Positions 11,965-24,610 of a stretch of 64,000 bases of DNA are shown here, one piece after another; within the stretch, counting starts at the first letter, position 1, and each line of letters begins with the position of its first letter. The notes under the pieces were generated by a model. It saw nothing but the letters and a program-made list of their open reading frames with translations. It ran no database searches and was not told the DNA's origin. Position numbers and translations under genes: made by a program. Location of the stretch: NCBI GenBank assembly GCA_038496445.1, contig JALMLS010000414.1, positions 171,395-235,394 on the forward strand, written 5' to 3'. The stretch comes from Trichosphaerium sp. ATCC 40318 (Eukaryota; Protista; Tubulinea).

Positions 11965-13046
11965 ATGAAAGTCGAAGGATATGGTACAGATAAGAATGCA
12001 GAGAAAGGTATGTCATACAGGGTGCCACAAAACGCCATTGCGCCTATGTTGTATCAGGAGTGTCTTCGCTTTTTGAATTTTAATAATGCGCCGTTTAACT
12101 TGCGTTAAGGTAAACAAAACCTCGGAGAGGCTTTGAAGAACGCATCAGACCTCTGTAATGAGTGTGATGATGCAGTAGCATGCAATCAGTTGGGTAAGTT
12201 CAGTCTTACAGTACGCCATGATCCAAAGGCGGCAGTAGCTCTATGGGATAAAGCGTGCACTTTGGGAGATGTAAGTTTTTTTATGTTGAATTCAATAGAA
12301 AACACGTTTTAACCATGTGATTGTATACTCACAGCGTATAGTCAGAAGCATGCCATAATGTAGGCGTTCATTATTACAATATAAAGAAAATTGGGTTAGT
12401 TTTCACTTACAAGAAATAAAAGTAATGTTTTTCTGCTTAGGTTTGAAGATTACTTCGAAAAAGGATGTGACCAAGGTAACATTACTAGCTGCGCGTACTT
12501 GGCACATCACAAAATGTACGTCAATATCCGCTGTTACTATTTTTCTCCTGGTGACTGAGACCACTCTTTTACTTTTTGCGTAGAAATCTGGATCTCTCGT
12601 CAGCGTTAAAACTTGCTGTAAAAGCATGTGATAGTGGTCATTGCGAAGGTGATGATCCTACTTTTGATCTTAATTTCTGGCTCTCAGAGATGTACCAAAG
12701 GAACCAACGTGTTGATTTAAAACATTTACTCATACATTGGCGAAATTTTAATGAAGCAACAAAATACGCATGGTTGTCATGTCAAAATTGCAAATTTTCT
12801 CAAGGTAAGAAAACACAACCAACACCAACAAGTATTCTCGCCAATAGTACTAATTTCTTCCCAAAAGGATGCCTGAAAATGGGTTTTTGGTACGACAAAG
12901 GCCTCGCTGGTTTGAATAAGAGTAAAGAACAAGCAGAACGATTTTATAGAGAAGGATGTCAACTAGGTAACCTAGAGGCATGCGTGCATCTTGGATACGT
13001 GTCTGAAGGTAGAGTAACACCAGATATTGTTGACTTTATGGTCTGA
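11965..13046 (+). CDS. Sel1-like repeat protein (COA7/HcpA-like, Cys-rich)
   Basis: Spliced exons with ACNQLG...WDKACTLGD, EACHNVG...YFEKGCDQGNITSC, GCLKMG...FYREGCQLGNLEAC: disulfide-type Sel1 repeats. A further 5' exon is possible. Confidence 0.75.
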
Positions 13047-13472
13047 AAAAAAATAAAACAAAAAAAAAAATAAAATCAACAATTTTTTCAACTCATCGCA
13101 CTTCGTCCATGTATTACTCTATACCAGTTTATTATAAACACGGTTTTCTAGAGCGTCAATGTAGCTTTTCGACATGAGTACCTCAAGCAAACAAGAAAAA
13201 GTCGTTTAGGTTCAAAAAAATACGTCTGATTTGGTTGGATTGAGGTATTTATTATAAAACAGTTCAAGAGTACCACAAGACATCTTGTCGTTCCAACTAA
13301 AAGAAGAAGAGTCAGTTGAAGTCACTAAACGAGAAGAGGAAGAGAAAAAAACCGAGCAAGACGCCACGTGAGACGTTTGAAAGTTTTTTAAAGTTCAAAA
13401 AGTCTGCGGGTGATTTCCCTCCTAATTGCGCGAAAAGTGGTTCAAAGAAGATGTAGTAATACGTACGCCAAT

Positions 13473-14095
13473 TTACCAGTCATCATCGTCATCGGAACCA
13501 CCAAAGAGACCACCACCGCCGAGGTCTGCTTCAGATTCTTCTTCTTCCTCCTCTTCTGGTTCTGGTTCAGCTTCAGCTGCAGCATCGCCAGCAGCAGCAG
13601 GGGCATCACCACCAGCAGCTATAGCGAGTGTTAGTTGAATTTTGCTTTTTCGTTCCCACACAACAAAAATACGGCGTTTGTGGTGTTTTTTAGTGATACG
13701 CGAGCTATAAAACGTATTTTTTGTACGAACGCTGTTTTTTGCATCGCACATCAAACGGTGAAGAATTTATGTAGAAAAGCCGCCCGCTATAGAGTCTAGA
13801 GTGTCGCTAACGTACCAGCGCCGCCAGATGTGCTCAAAATAAGATCGTCAATACTGTTAGATTTGAGGACCTTTGCGAATAGACCAGGCCAGTACGGTTG
13901 CATGTCTGTAATATTAGCAGCTTTTACGAGAGTGGCCAATTTTTCAGCTGTGACTTCGAGCCCTTCATCGTGCAAAATAAGGGCAGCGTATGTGCAAGCA
14001 AGTTCGTCGCGTTTACCTGTTTCATTAGTTATTTAACAATTCTCTTTATTTACAACGCGTTTAAACGTTTTTAAGAGCTACGTGCCGTCAGACAT
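13473..14095 (-). CDS. RPLP1: 60S acidic ribosomal protein P1
   Basis: MSDG|[48 protein letters not shown]..., Ala/Gly hinge, acidic tail; two introns, the first GC-AG. Confidence 0.95.
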
Positions 14096-17000
14096 TTGTA
14101 ATTATGAGTTTAAGCTGAAAGGGTGCGAAAAAATTTGGATGGCTTTCACAATAACTACGAAAAAATTCTCACGTTTGGTGACCTTAGTCAGAAGTCGGTC
14201 AATGAACGCTTCTAAATGCTTTCCTCGGTGTCCTAACTCGCTTCAACTCTTATCTGTGTGTTGTTAGAGACAATTACAAACGATTGTAATTTTGAGTTAT
14301 TTTTGTAGGCTACACTATCGCTGGGTACGGTAATATTGCTTGTCTTGAAGCGTTCCGTGTGATAGCGCTTGAAAGTGTGATTACAAGCTCACAGCGCTTG
14401 TATCGCTCGTGCACAAGGAACTAATGCGTTGTACGCAACGCTGGCGGCCTCCGCACCTTTCCGGTTTGCAATGCTTTGCAAAAATGTACCAGTTCTCCAA
14501 AAAGCTCGGCTATAACGTCTATAGCAATATTTAACGCGAACAAGCCACTAAACGCCCAAAAAAAAACTTTGTGAACATACAACTCCGTATTGCGTATAAC
14601 ACTCACTGCAGTAACTACAACGCCATCCACATTAGCATTTTAGCAAGTACACAAAAGAGAATACACCTGTGCATCATTTGCTGGCTAAACAAACGCCTTA
14701 GGCAATAAGTGGGCGTCTCCAACTTTAGAATTCCAAAAAATAAACGACGTGTTAACAAGTAGAAAGGAAACTCCAAATCATTGGGTTTTTAATCAACAAC
14801 GAGTCAAAAACAAAATCATTCTGCCTTTCGCCTACGTCACCCCTGGCTAGTTCCCCTCTGCTGTATAAAATCCAATTGAGAAATATCTCTCTCTTTATGA
14901 GGTATTAATCAATGGCTAAAAACGGTGGAGGGTACATCTAGATGATGTTATTAACGTGATTGTAAGCCTTTAATTTTATCAACAAAAATATTTTTAACCA
15001 TTTTTAATACTAAAAAACCAAACTCATTTAAAATACGAACCTCTTCGCAAGCCTAGAAACTACATGATGTATTAACTGTATTGTAGATTTCCTCCAGTGT
15101 CAGCTGATTTCTGGCTAGTATTAATGACAGTGGAGTGGCACAGCATCTAGAGCACTGGCAAAACAATCAGCTTCATAATAAAACAAGGTAATAAAAAAGT
15201 TTTTTCGAAGCGCCAATGAGCGTGAAGAACTTGTTTTCTTTTTGGTTGTTGTGTTAGTACGAAAGAAATAACCTACCTAGCGCTGGAAGATAAACTGATA
15301 TCAATATATCTACCCGAGTATAAAATCGCAAAAAAGTCAGTACTGACATTTTTTTGATGGTTTTCAAGATAGCACGTGATAATGGAACTTTCTTTTTTTG
15401 CCTTCGCTTTTCAGGGCTTGTATTCTTGTGGGCAAAGCGCAGATTGTCTATGGAGTGGGAATCTCATTGTCGAGATGTAGAAACACCTTACGATCACGTG
15501 ATTATCTGCAAAAGAGTTTTTTTGTTTAGACAAAAACTTCAAGATTTGTAGTGTCGGGTCGACAGGTAAGTATTTAGATAGCGTACCTATAGCAAAAATG
15601 GACACTAAAGCACCATTTAAATATTTTCATGCCTAATGGCTTTGTCTGGAAACCATACTTGCTTGTGCATCCGCTCGTATTCCCAAACAAGAGATTTTTA
15701 AAGCTAAATTTGAGCAATGCAGTGTTTTATCACAAATCTGACTGTACAAGGAGTTAGGTTTATAAAAACGGCCACAAATCGTAGGCAAACGTGTGGTACC
15801 TCTTATTTACGGAGTATGGCGGCGGCAGCTTTGTTGTGAGTAGATTTTTTGAGCTTTAATTTTCTTTTGTTTTTTTAACATTACTCTTTAGGCTAGCCTC
15901 TGTGTTCGACTCTGGTTTACCTGCCCCAAATAAGGCTTGCTTTGTGTGTATGGAGACCATTCGTATTAATGGATCGGGTATGAATACGTTATTACGGTGA
16001 ATACAAGGTAGTGTAAAGGAGGTACGAACTAACTCAAAATTAAGGGACTAAAACAAAAAAGAAATTTGCCGACCCGTTTTTTTTGGTCTGTTTTAACGCT
16101 GCCTGGAGGGATTTATTTTCGTCAGAAATGTTTTATACAGCGATAGAGCGTCTTTAGTTAAAACTAACAGTGTTTAGGAAACACATGACACAAGGTATTG
16201 CCGCAAAATATGTTAAACTTTGCAGTTCATTCTAGATAGTGGCGCCACTGAATCTTTGCTCTCTTACTATACCGGGTGATTCAAAACCGACGAAAACCTA
16301 CCACACAAAACTAAAATTGTTATTTATGCTTATCTAGTGCTAATGTTAGTACGTTATCTCATTTTATTAAGAACACATATCAAAATTTGTTTTTTAGTGT
16401 GTTCCGTAATTTTAGATACTGGTTTGGGAAGGCAACACCACTGCAAAAAATGGATGAAAAGAAATTATACGAACCTTTCTGTACGTGTCAATATTAGATA
16501 AATACAATAAGAAGTAACCCGAGGTTGTAAACGCGCAACAAAAGAACGGGATCAGCTTTTTTAATTTGATATTTAATATTTTATTTAGGCTCCAGGTTCA
16601 GCGTTAGAAAACCTATTACGCCCACCACGCCTCAGGCCCTTATCCCCGTATGCGATATTCTCGGCAGAAAATCAGGATATCAGTTAGAAGAATACACTAT
16701 CTCACCTAATACCAGCGAACATTATAAATCACGTGACGGGTATTTTTATTTTATTATTTTTGTCAATTACGAAATTTTATTTTTTTTTTTCTGTTATTTG
16801 GGTTATATCTTCGAAAAAACGAAGTATGAAGTAATAGCGAATAAGCATTTATTCAATGAACATACTTACATCGCGCTAAAAACCTTTCTCTTAGGAACCA
16901 TGCTATCTGGGTCTTTAAACCCAAAAGCCCTCTCCATAGGCAATCTGCATTTCGCCCATACAGCAAGTAAAGAAATAAACTTGGTCTCAAATAAATAGAT

Positions 17001-17206
17001 TCTGTTTTCGAAAGAAATTCGTCTTCGTACCTTTAACTTTATGGTATTTCATCAAGGAGTTTGTTGCTGTTGACAGAGGTGCAGCAAGCGCCTGGTAGAG
17101 GCGTTATCAACACGGATTTGTAATGGGCCTATTGACAATAGCAGTTTCATGTTAAAAGTTGTAAAACTATTTAACGTAAAAATTCTGGTTTTATTCTCAA
17201 GAGCGT

Positions 17207-17705
17207 TATGGTGTTCAAGAAATAAAGTGCTGTTTCTTGTTCAAGATCGAGGATTTGACCTGAAATAACGCTATTTTGTGCTAGCGCTAAGATTGATTTT
17301 TCGAGACAGTTTGTGAACATAGATAGCCTTTTGCAACTCTGCAAGCTTTGCCATTAGTGTATCCTTGTGGCGTACTTTACGTGAGCATAAGTACAGAAAG
17401 TCACGTGAGTACTACAAACAGGGAATGGCCTTTTAAAAAGTAAGCTTAGCGTTAAAATAAAATAGCGCTATTCAGGTCAAATCTTCGCGTGATGTATCTC
17501 AATCAATTGTAGCACTTTGTTAATACCGATAAGACTGATACGCTGCTTTCAGGCTAGGAAACCATATTGCACCATTTGCCTTAGTGTTGCTTAATTGCTC
17601 TACAGTTACACCTGCAAGCTACACTATGGAAACGTACTGGTCTGTAGATGAGGTGTGCGGGTGGTTGGACAATGTAGGGCTTGGGGAAGTCGCTAATATC
17701 GCCAG
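17207..17705 (+). pseudogene. Third, partial SAM-F-box-LRR paralog (upstream region plus exon 1)
   Basis: Reverse-complement match to 8345-8867. Exon 1 is 17626-17705 (METYWSVDEVCGWLDNVGLGEVANIAR); its intron 1 is split by the LINE and homology stops just after the acceptor near 19000. Confidence 0.8.
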
Positions 17706-17730
17706 GTACACCATCATGCGTGTACATACA

Positions 17731-18965
17731 AATTTCCACGAAAGTTAGTTAATAGGTTGTCAAAGGCTTATTCATGGTTTTTATGGGAGGCAGGGGTCTG
17801 TTATGACGACTCAAAGCAGCACAGGCCTGCCATGACATGGGAGCAGGCTGGGCTACCAGCAAAAGAGGGTGGTATAGGTTTCCAGTTCATAACAATGGCG
17901 CCTAGTGCATTCAAGGCCTCGCTATGGGAGCGTGCTTGTCTGGAATCCCCTACTTATAAAGAGTTGTGGGTGACAGGTGCGTCTGATATTGGTGCTAAGT
18001 GTGAGCGGGAATGGAAGAAAATCGGATGTAACATGATGGGAGCTGCAGGCAAGTATCGCAAAGTAGGTAGAATACTTAGCGACTATGGCAAATATACAAA
18101 GGTGCCAGTCACCAGGCCCTCGGTAGTTGAGGCTTTCAAATTGTACAATTACAAGTACATAGTTGGTTCACTTAGGTGTGTTAAAGGTTGTAATCATCCC
18201 AGAGATGTGTTATGGCGGTACCTTATGCGTGTGCTTCCGGTTACTAATAGGAAATTGGCCAGACCTCCTGAAAAGCACGAAGCTGTATTTTGGGAGTGGA
18301 AGCCTGCTTTGGCTATCGCTGCTTTGTTAGAGGATCTTACATCGTTTTTGATAGATGGTGAGTGGGGTCTGGATACTTTGTTCAGCTACGATGGTGACGT
18401 CTCAGCATTGCTGGCTATATCTATAGTTATGTCCATCATCTGGAAGTCACGTAATGATATCAAGTACGGTGGTACGCTTCTGACGTCAAAGGAGGTCAGG
18501 TTTAGGTTCAAGAAGTATTATTTATTGGCTGTCAATATCAATGACGGTATCAAGCCACCCCCCTGGGCGGTTTTTAACGACAATATAGAGTATTGGGTGT
18601 TTGACCCCAATTACAGTCACGACTACACGCCTTTTGAGCCGGCTTACAAAAATCCGTCAGCTCTTCTGGAGCGCCTCCAATATAACGAGGGCGCGTTTGC
18701 AGTGGGTCACGAGATCTCACACATCCTTCCAGATGGTACACCAGTACCTAAAGCAAGGTTGGCGCCATCCACACCAGTCCGTACAAGAAACCGATCAGTA
18801 TGGCTTAGCTCATATGTGGAATAGAGCACAAACACAAAAACTAAAAACAAGAAAAAAAAGTATAATATTGTAATAATGTACAAGCACCGCTAGTTGCTGT
18901 TGGTCCTACCAATGCATTCTGAGGTTTTATTAATAAAAACCAGCTTTACCTCAAAAAAAAAAATA
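17731..18965 (+). mobile_element. 5'-truncated non-LTR retrotransposon (L1/Tx1-like ORF2 C-terminus) with poly-A tail and 18-bp target-site duplication
   Basis: ORF 17757-18824 has WEQAGLPAKEGGIG, LWRYLMRVLP and IIWKSRNDIKY (post-RT motifs of L1-clade ORF2), higher GC, no introns, AATAAA then an A-run at 18953-18963. TSD ATCATGCGTGTACATACA at 17713-17730 and 18966-18983. Confidence 0.9.
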
Positions 18966-19499
18966 ATCATGCGTGTACATACACTAAATCGCGTTTAGAG
19001 ATTATAGTTAAGTTATGAAATCAATAGGACATGGGATAATGTACATGAAAGCAAGAAAAACCCACCTGGAATATTGAAAACAGTAGGGAGAGCGTATACA
19101 ACAAAAAATTATTTTGGAACACAAAAGACATTCCCAAAAAAAGGCACCTGAAGCAAGTATACAAGTTTTAGGAATAAGAATTTGAGGTGTGTATAGTGGT
19201 CATCAATACCATGTTACATTACAAGCATAGTGTTACCTTGGCAGATGATATTAGTAATACATTGGAAATAGGACAAAACTAGAATATTACACTAGGAAAC
19301 AAAGGCTCATCCAAACCATCATGATATAATTGGGTGTGCAATAGTGTTGCTAAAATCGTCCTGAACTATTAAAAAATATGATAACCAGCACAACATTAAA
19401 AACGGAATTACAAAAAAAACTTGAACTTAGCATTTTTTTTTGGGACACTTTGCCTGTTTGACACGTGATAGGCTTTGGATATTCAAGAAAATAAAAGCA

Positions 19500-19627
19500 C
19501 AAATAGCCTTCACTGATTAGGATCTAAGACTGTTTTGTGTTTAATTACTGTTAACAGAATAGTAATTTGGCCAAATAGCCTTCACTGATTGGGATCTGCC
19601 TGTTTGCGTTTAAATTACTGTTAACAG
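19500..19627. repeat. Two-copy tandem repeat, period 72 bp
   Basis: caaatagccttcactgatt(a/g)ggatct...aattactgttaacag at 19500 and 19572, just upstream of the copy-B start codon. Confidence 0.85.
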
Positions 19628-19657
19628 TCACATCCATCAACGACGCCAAGCTACACT

Positions 19658-22600
19658 ATGGAAACGCACTGGTCTGTAGATGAGGTGTGTGGGTGGTTGG
19701 ACAGTGTAGGCCTTGGGGAAGTCGCTAATAGTGCCAAGTACGCTGTACTCCATGTAATTACACTGACTCGCATTTAGAGAGGTTGGATTAAACGGAAAAC
19801 AATTAATGGCGTTAACAACCGCAAAAATAAAGAAAACACTCTCTATTAGCGCTGGTACGCTAAAACATCATGAGGATCTAAAGTATGACGTTTAATCTAG
19901 ATTTACGCAAATCGCTGTTACAAGAAATCTCTAAACTTCGTAATGTGGTTTATTCAAAGCAAAGACAAGTGTTTAGCATAAAACCAGTACGTAAATATCT
20001 CTTTAGGTTTGTACACGTGCTGTCTTCGATTGATTCTTTTTTACAAGGAACGAACAACGGGTGATAAGATTAAAGCCAACATGGACGTGGGTGAAATCCA
20101 TCAGCCCGGCACCAAGAGAAAACAAGACGATTCGACAAACGCACAAATATTATGTTATGTATGTCTCGCAAGCACTTCTGGTTAGTTATCTTACTTATGA
20201 AATAAATAGGTGAACGACAATGTTCCTCTGGAAGTACTTGTACATATCGTCAAGTTCCTAGAAAGTTCTGATCACGTGGCATGTAGATCAACATGTAAAT
20301 ATTGGTTTGACATGTGTGAAGCACATTTGCTTAAAAGTCTAACAATAACAAGTACGTATTTATTAAAACAGGTTTGTTTCAGGAACTGATTCAAATTGTA
20401 TCACTAACTGGTTTTCTTGTTAGAGGATCTCAAAAACGTACTTAAAAAGGTTCCAAATAAGATGTCTATTGGATCATTGATCATCAAAAAACAAAAGTTG
20501 CTTGCTTCTGACCTCACAGTATTAAAGAAAATGGCAAAGGATTATAAAAATCTCAAATCGTTGGTAATTAAACTTGTTTATATTCTTTACTTGTTGTGAT
20601 CTAATGTACAATCATAGACAATAGATGGTCAAACATTGAAACTCAAGGTATGTTAAACAATATTTCGGTTACGTTTAATACTGTTTGAGTTCACATGGGA
20701 CTGGTTTGATGCAATAATGTCAGAGTGTCCTATTGAATACCTGGATTTTTTGTTTACTATCTCATGTCATAAAAAGCTTCTGGAGTACAGCAAGGAGTAT
20801 GACAAAGATTAAACAAAAATGGCGGTTGACTTCTAACTGTTTTTTTTTTTCAAGTGCCAAAAAAAGAAGACTGTTGCAGCGACTGCAGGGTTTGAAGTGT
20901 GTTTTACATATTAAAAGCGATGAAGAGGTAAAAAACTTTGAAGAACTTGAATTAAATGGGTATGAATGTATTTATAAATTCAATCTAATTATATGCAAAA
21001 AAAAAGGTTGGTACATTTAGCATTAGTAAATAAACCCATATGCCACCAATCAATACTTGATTCAATAGCAGAAATACCAAACTTAAGGGTTCTACAACTA
21101 TTAATTTCAGGCGCAGGAATTGAATTGAATTTACCACAAGTGACGTACAACCAAGAGAAGAGATATTTTTGATTTTCTAAATATTTTGATGTAGAGCGCT
21201 TCAGTTGAATAGCTGGAACAAAGTAGTATTTACCAATTTCATAACACCGAATATTACAGTATTATCACTTACAGGCAGGATTAGTTTCAAAAGCATGAAA
21301 GTGAGTACCCATTGTCTACCCTAACATTTGTGCCATAAAACCCAGAACAAAACCAATTAATCTATCAAACCAAAAATACAATTTAGCTGAATGTTCAGCT
21401 AGAGCGGCATTGTTTTACCTCCACTAATATTGTTATAGGTGTTTCCCAAGATTGTGAAGCAGCTTAAAACATTGTGTACAAAAATTTGGTTTGGCATGCC
21501 AGGTTCTATTATGTCAGGCACACTTGAGACTATCTATGATACCAAGGCTGTCTGTTGTGATATCGGGTTTGTAAGTTGGGTTTTTCTTCTTTTATTCGTC
21601 CTTGACTAATACATTTATTTTTACACAGAAAACACTTGATACACCAAATCTCAAGCGATTACATTTAGATCATGCTGTACAAGATACAAACTATCCATCC
21701 CTACAAATTGCTTCATTTGACTTCGATTCCTCGAATCCAGATGAAGTCATAAAAATGTTTACACCATCACTGAAGGTATTGCACATGCCTAGAGTGACGA
21801 GTGTATTTAGCGGGGTGTGTGTAAATTGCCCATTACTGGAATATATTTCAGTGAGTGATGCCAACAATAGTTTAGAATACATTAAAAGCTTCCCATTTAC
21901 AAAATACATCACCTTCAGAAGCATCAGAGGCAATAGCACTTGGTTCATCTCTCATGATAAAATTGAATATATTGCACATAAACCTAAAGTTCAAGGGTTA
22001 AGAGTGCGCGCAACAATTGATTGTCCTTCTCTGGTACGTAGACTTTCAATAACATTTTTTTGATTTGAAACAAACTTTACAACCTTACAATCACATGACA
22101 CTGCTTGCGGGATGGTTTTAGACAGAGTTGTATCTGAGAAGTCATTACATGCTCCCTCGTTTTACAAGAAAAACAAGGAACTTAACTCATATTGAGATTG
22201 TTGATGTGAGCATCAATTGCTTGGTATTCTCAGAAACAATTGAGGAGTTTGATAACCTAGAATCGCTTATTGTTAAAGATTTTGAATTCTCCAGTCAAGG
22301 ACCACTGTCCATAACCAACAACTGCCTGAAAACATTGAGTGCGTTAATCAATCTTAATCTACACGTTAAAATAAACATCACTAACACAATGGACCAGAGT
22401 TATCAGACGCCCGTGCACAATGTATAGAACTGAATACACCTCAATTACATTTTCTCTCTTTGATCAAGTTACAACTATCCATGATAAAATGGGGTGATCA
22501 ACCAATGTGTCATCTCAAGACACTGTTGCTTGACGGGAACAGTGAACTCAATGACAAATCATTCAAAGGACCTTTTGAAAGTTTCCCATTTCCTTGTTTA

Positions 22601-22931
22601 TTGTGTTTGAGTCTCAAAGGTACATCCATCACTCAAGTCACACTGAAACAGATTGAAGAGCACTGTATTAATCTCACCAAGGTAATTCCATCATTTATTT
22701 TCTACCATTTTGGTTTGTGCTTTGATCTCACGTGTTTAGTTGGACTTGTCTCAAATCAAAGGAATTCCAGCAAAAGACCGTAAAGAGATTGCAAAAAGGA
22801 TAACAGGACAAAAAATGATACAATTAAAACCAAGAGATATACCAAGTGCTCCAACAAGACAACCTCTACGTATTCAAGCACTAGCATATGAGAAGATGCT
22901 GGATACAAGTACTTGGACTCCATTCTTTTAA
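19658..22931 (+). CDS. SAM domain - F-box - LRR protein, copy B (inverted paralog of 5102-8422)
   Basis: Same exon order in the opposite orientation. SAM, F-box and C-terminal exons nearly identical to copy A; central LRR exons diverged. Not every junction was checked. Confidence 0.8.
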
Positions 22932-23651
22932 TAAAACACCCTTGCCACATGATACAATCAATCATTTAGAATGCTACCAAAACAACTCTATAAACGCATA
23001 GGTATTTATTTTGACTCAGTATGTAATGGCTTAATTTGCTTGGAGACTAAGTAGGCAAATTTCATCAAGGAATTTGATATAAAGTAGGAGCTAAGTGAAA
23101 TACAGTATCCCAGTCCTGAAAGCGATTCACTTTTGTATTGATACTATGTCACCACAGGAACTCTGAGGCTTCTTCAGAAATGAGTGTAGCAAAGATCAAC
23201 TCAATTAAAATAGTTTGTCACTTCCACTCAATGTTGTTTTGTAAAGTGTAAAAGTAGTTTGGATGAAAAGCGTGCCGGAGGCTTACAATGACGCCAACAA
23301 CTTTCATTTTCACCACAACCATAACCAAACAAGTACTGATTGGCGTAACCGGAAGTCGATATCTGGTTTTCGTGGAGCTCTACATCATTTATTCTCAATC
23401 ACTTAATCACAAGAGATGTTCTTGTATACGACATATTTATTATTCGTACTGTGTTGAATTTTCCATACATCCAGCGTATGAAAAGCCATTAAGTGTGATT
23501 CACAGCTACAGAAAACAGCTTTCAAATCAGAAATATTCAGCCGGTAGATTATTTTAACCACCGGAAGAATATTTTCGGAAAAACCAAAAACACCATTAAT
23601 ACTCATTTACAGATAACAACAGTTCCCCTTCAAACTATTCACATTCATACA

Positions 23652-24610
23652 ATGGATATTATTAAAGTATTAAAAGATGTAGAAGTATCTGCCGAAGTGA
23701 CGGAGGAACAAAAAGAACAAATTAAGACTATCACGAGCGGAGTTTTAACTGATATAACTGACCGTCTGCCTCCTGTTTTCAAGCTTGTTGAAGGTTCGCT
23801 ATATTCACGTGTACTGTAAGGACTAATATTTAATGTACTTAGAGATGAACGCTATTGTGGAAGCTAAGAAAGTTGGATGGCAAATTCTAGTTGGCAAAAG
23901 AAAACTGTATGTGGACAAAGCTTATGATGTATGTTCAGTTAACAGTGCTCTTATTTTCTAACAACCATGTTCTAGCAAATAGAAGCTAGAAGAAAACAAG
24001 GGATGGAAGAGGTTCAAAATGTATTCAACACTAAACAACGGGTATACATTGTGCTTTTTACTTACTTTACAACAGTAGACTTTTTTTTTAACTATCATTA
24101 GGTAATTATTTTCATTGCTGTTGCAAAGCATGTCCAGGAAAATAAGAGATCTGTTGGTGCCTTGTATGCTTTCACCAACTCTTTGGATTGTGTTGCAAAA
24201 GAAATCAAACTATCTGTAAAACAACAGAAGAAGACAGAAAAGGCATTTAAAGTACTGTATTGCCAGAATTGAACCGGCTTTTGTTCTTACTTTGCTTAGC
24301 GTTTAGCAGCTAAAAATAACACTTATGTTGATGACATAGCTTCTTCTGCTGCTCAATTACAATTATTGCTTGATAGCGATGATCTTCAATCTGCTGAGAA
24401 GATAATAGGAGGAATGGTGAAAAAAGCGAGAAAGATTCATGCTAAAGAGTTTGTTATGGATGAAATGAAAAAGGTCTTGGAGCTCAGTCAGCTCCCTGCT
24501 GTCATGCATCAAGTACTGTTTTTTCAACGAAATAGAATGAAGGCAATGTTAGACACTTTGTAAACAAATAAACTAGTATCAAAATTTGATAACGCCGAAG
24601 TTCTTTTGAG
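23652..24610 (+). CDS. Hypothetical alpha-helical protein (6 or more exons)
   Basis: Exons join in frame across GT-AG introns (MDIIKVLKDVEV...|EMNAIVEAKK...|QIEARRKQG...|VIIFIAVAKH...|RLAAKNN...|YQNLITPKFF*). Upstream exons possible. Confidence 0.65.

Noticed and set aside
10624-13757. Shared 13-mer CGCACATCAAACG in the snoRNA host and RPLP1 introns
   Set aside because: Many 13-mer matches are expected by chance in 64 kb.
15590-16740. Possible multi-exon papain-like gene (QTCGTSY)
   Set aside because: Catalytic Cys not evident and exons could not be joined convincingly.
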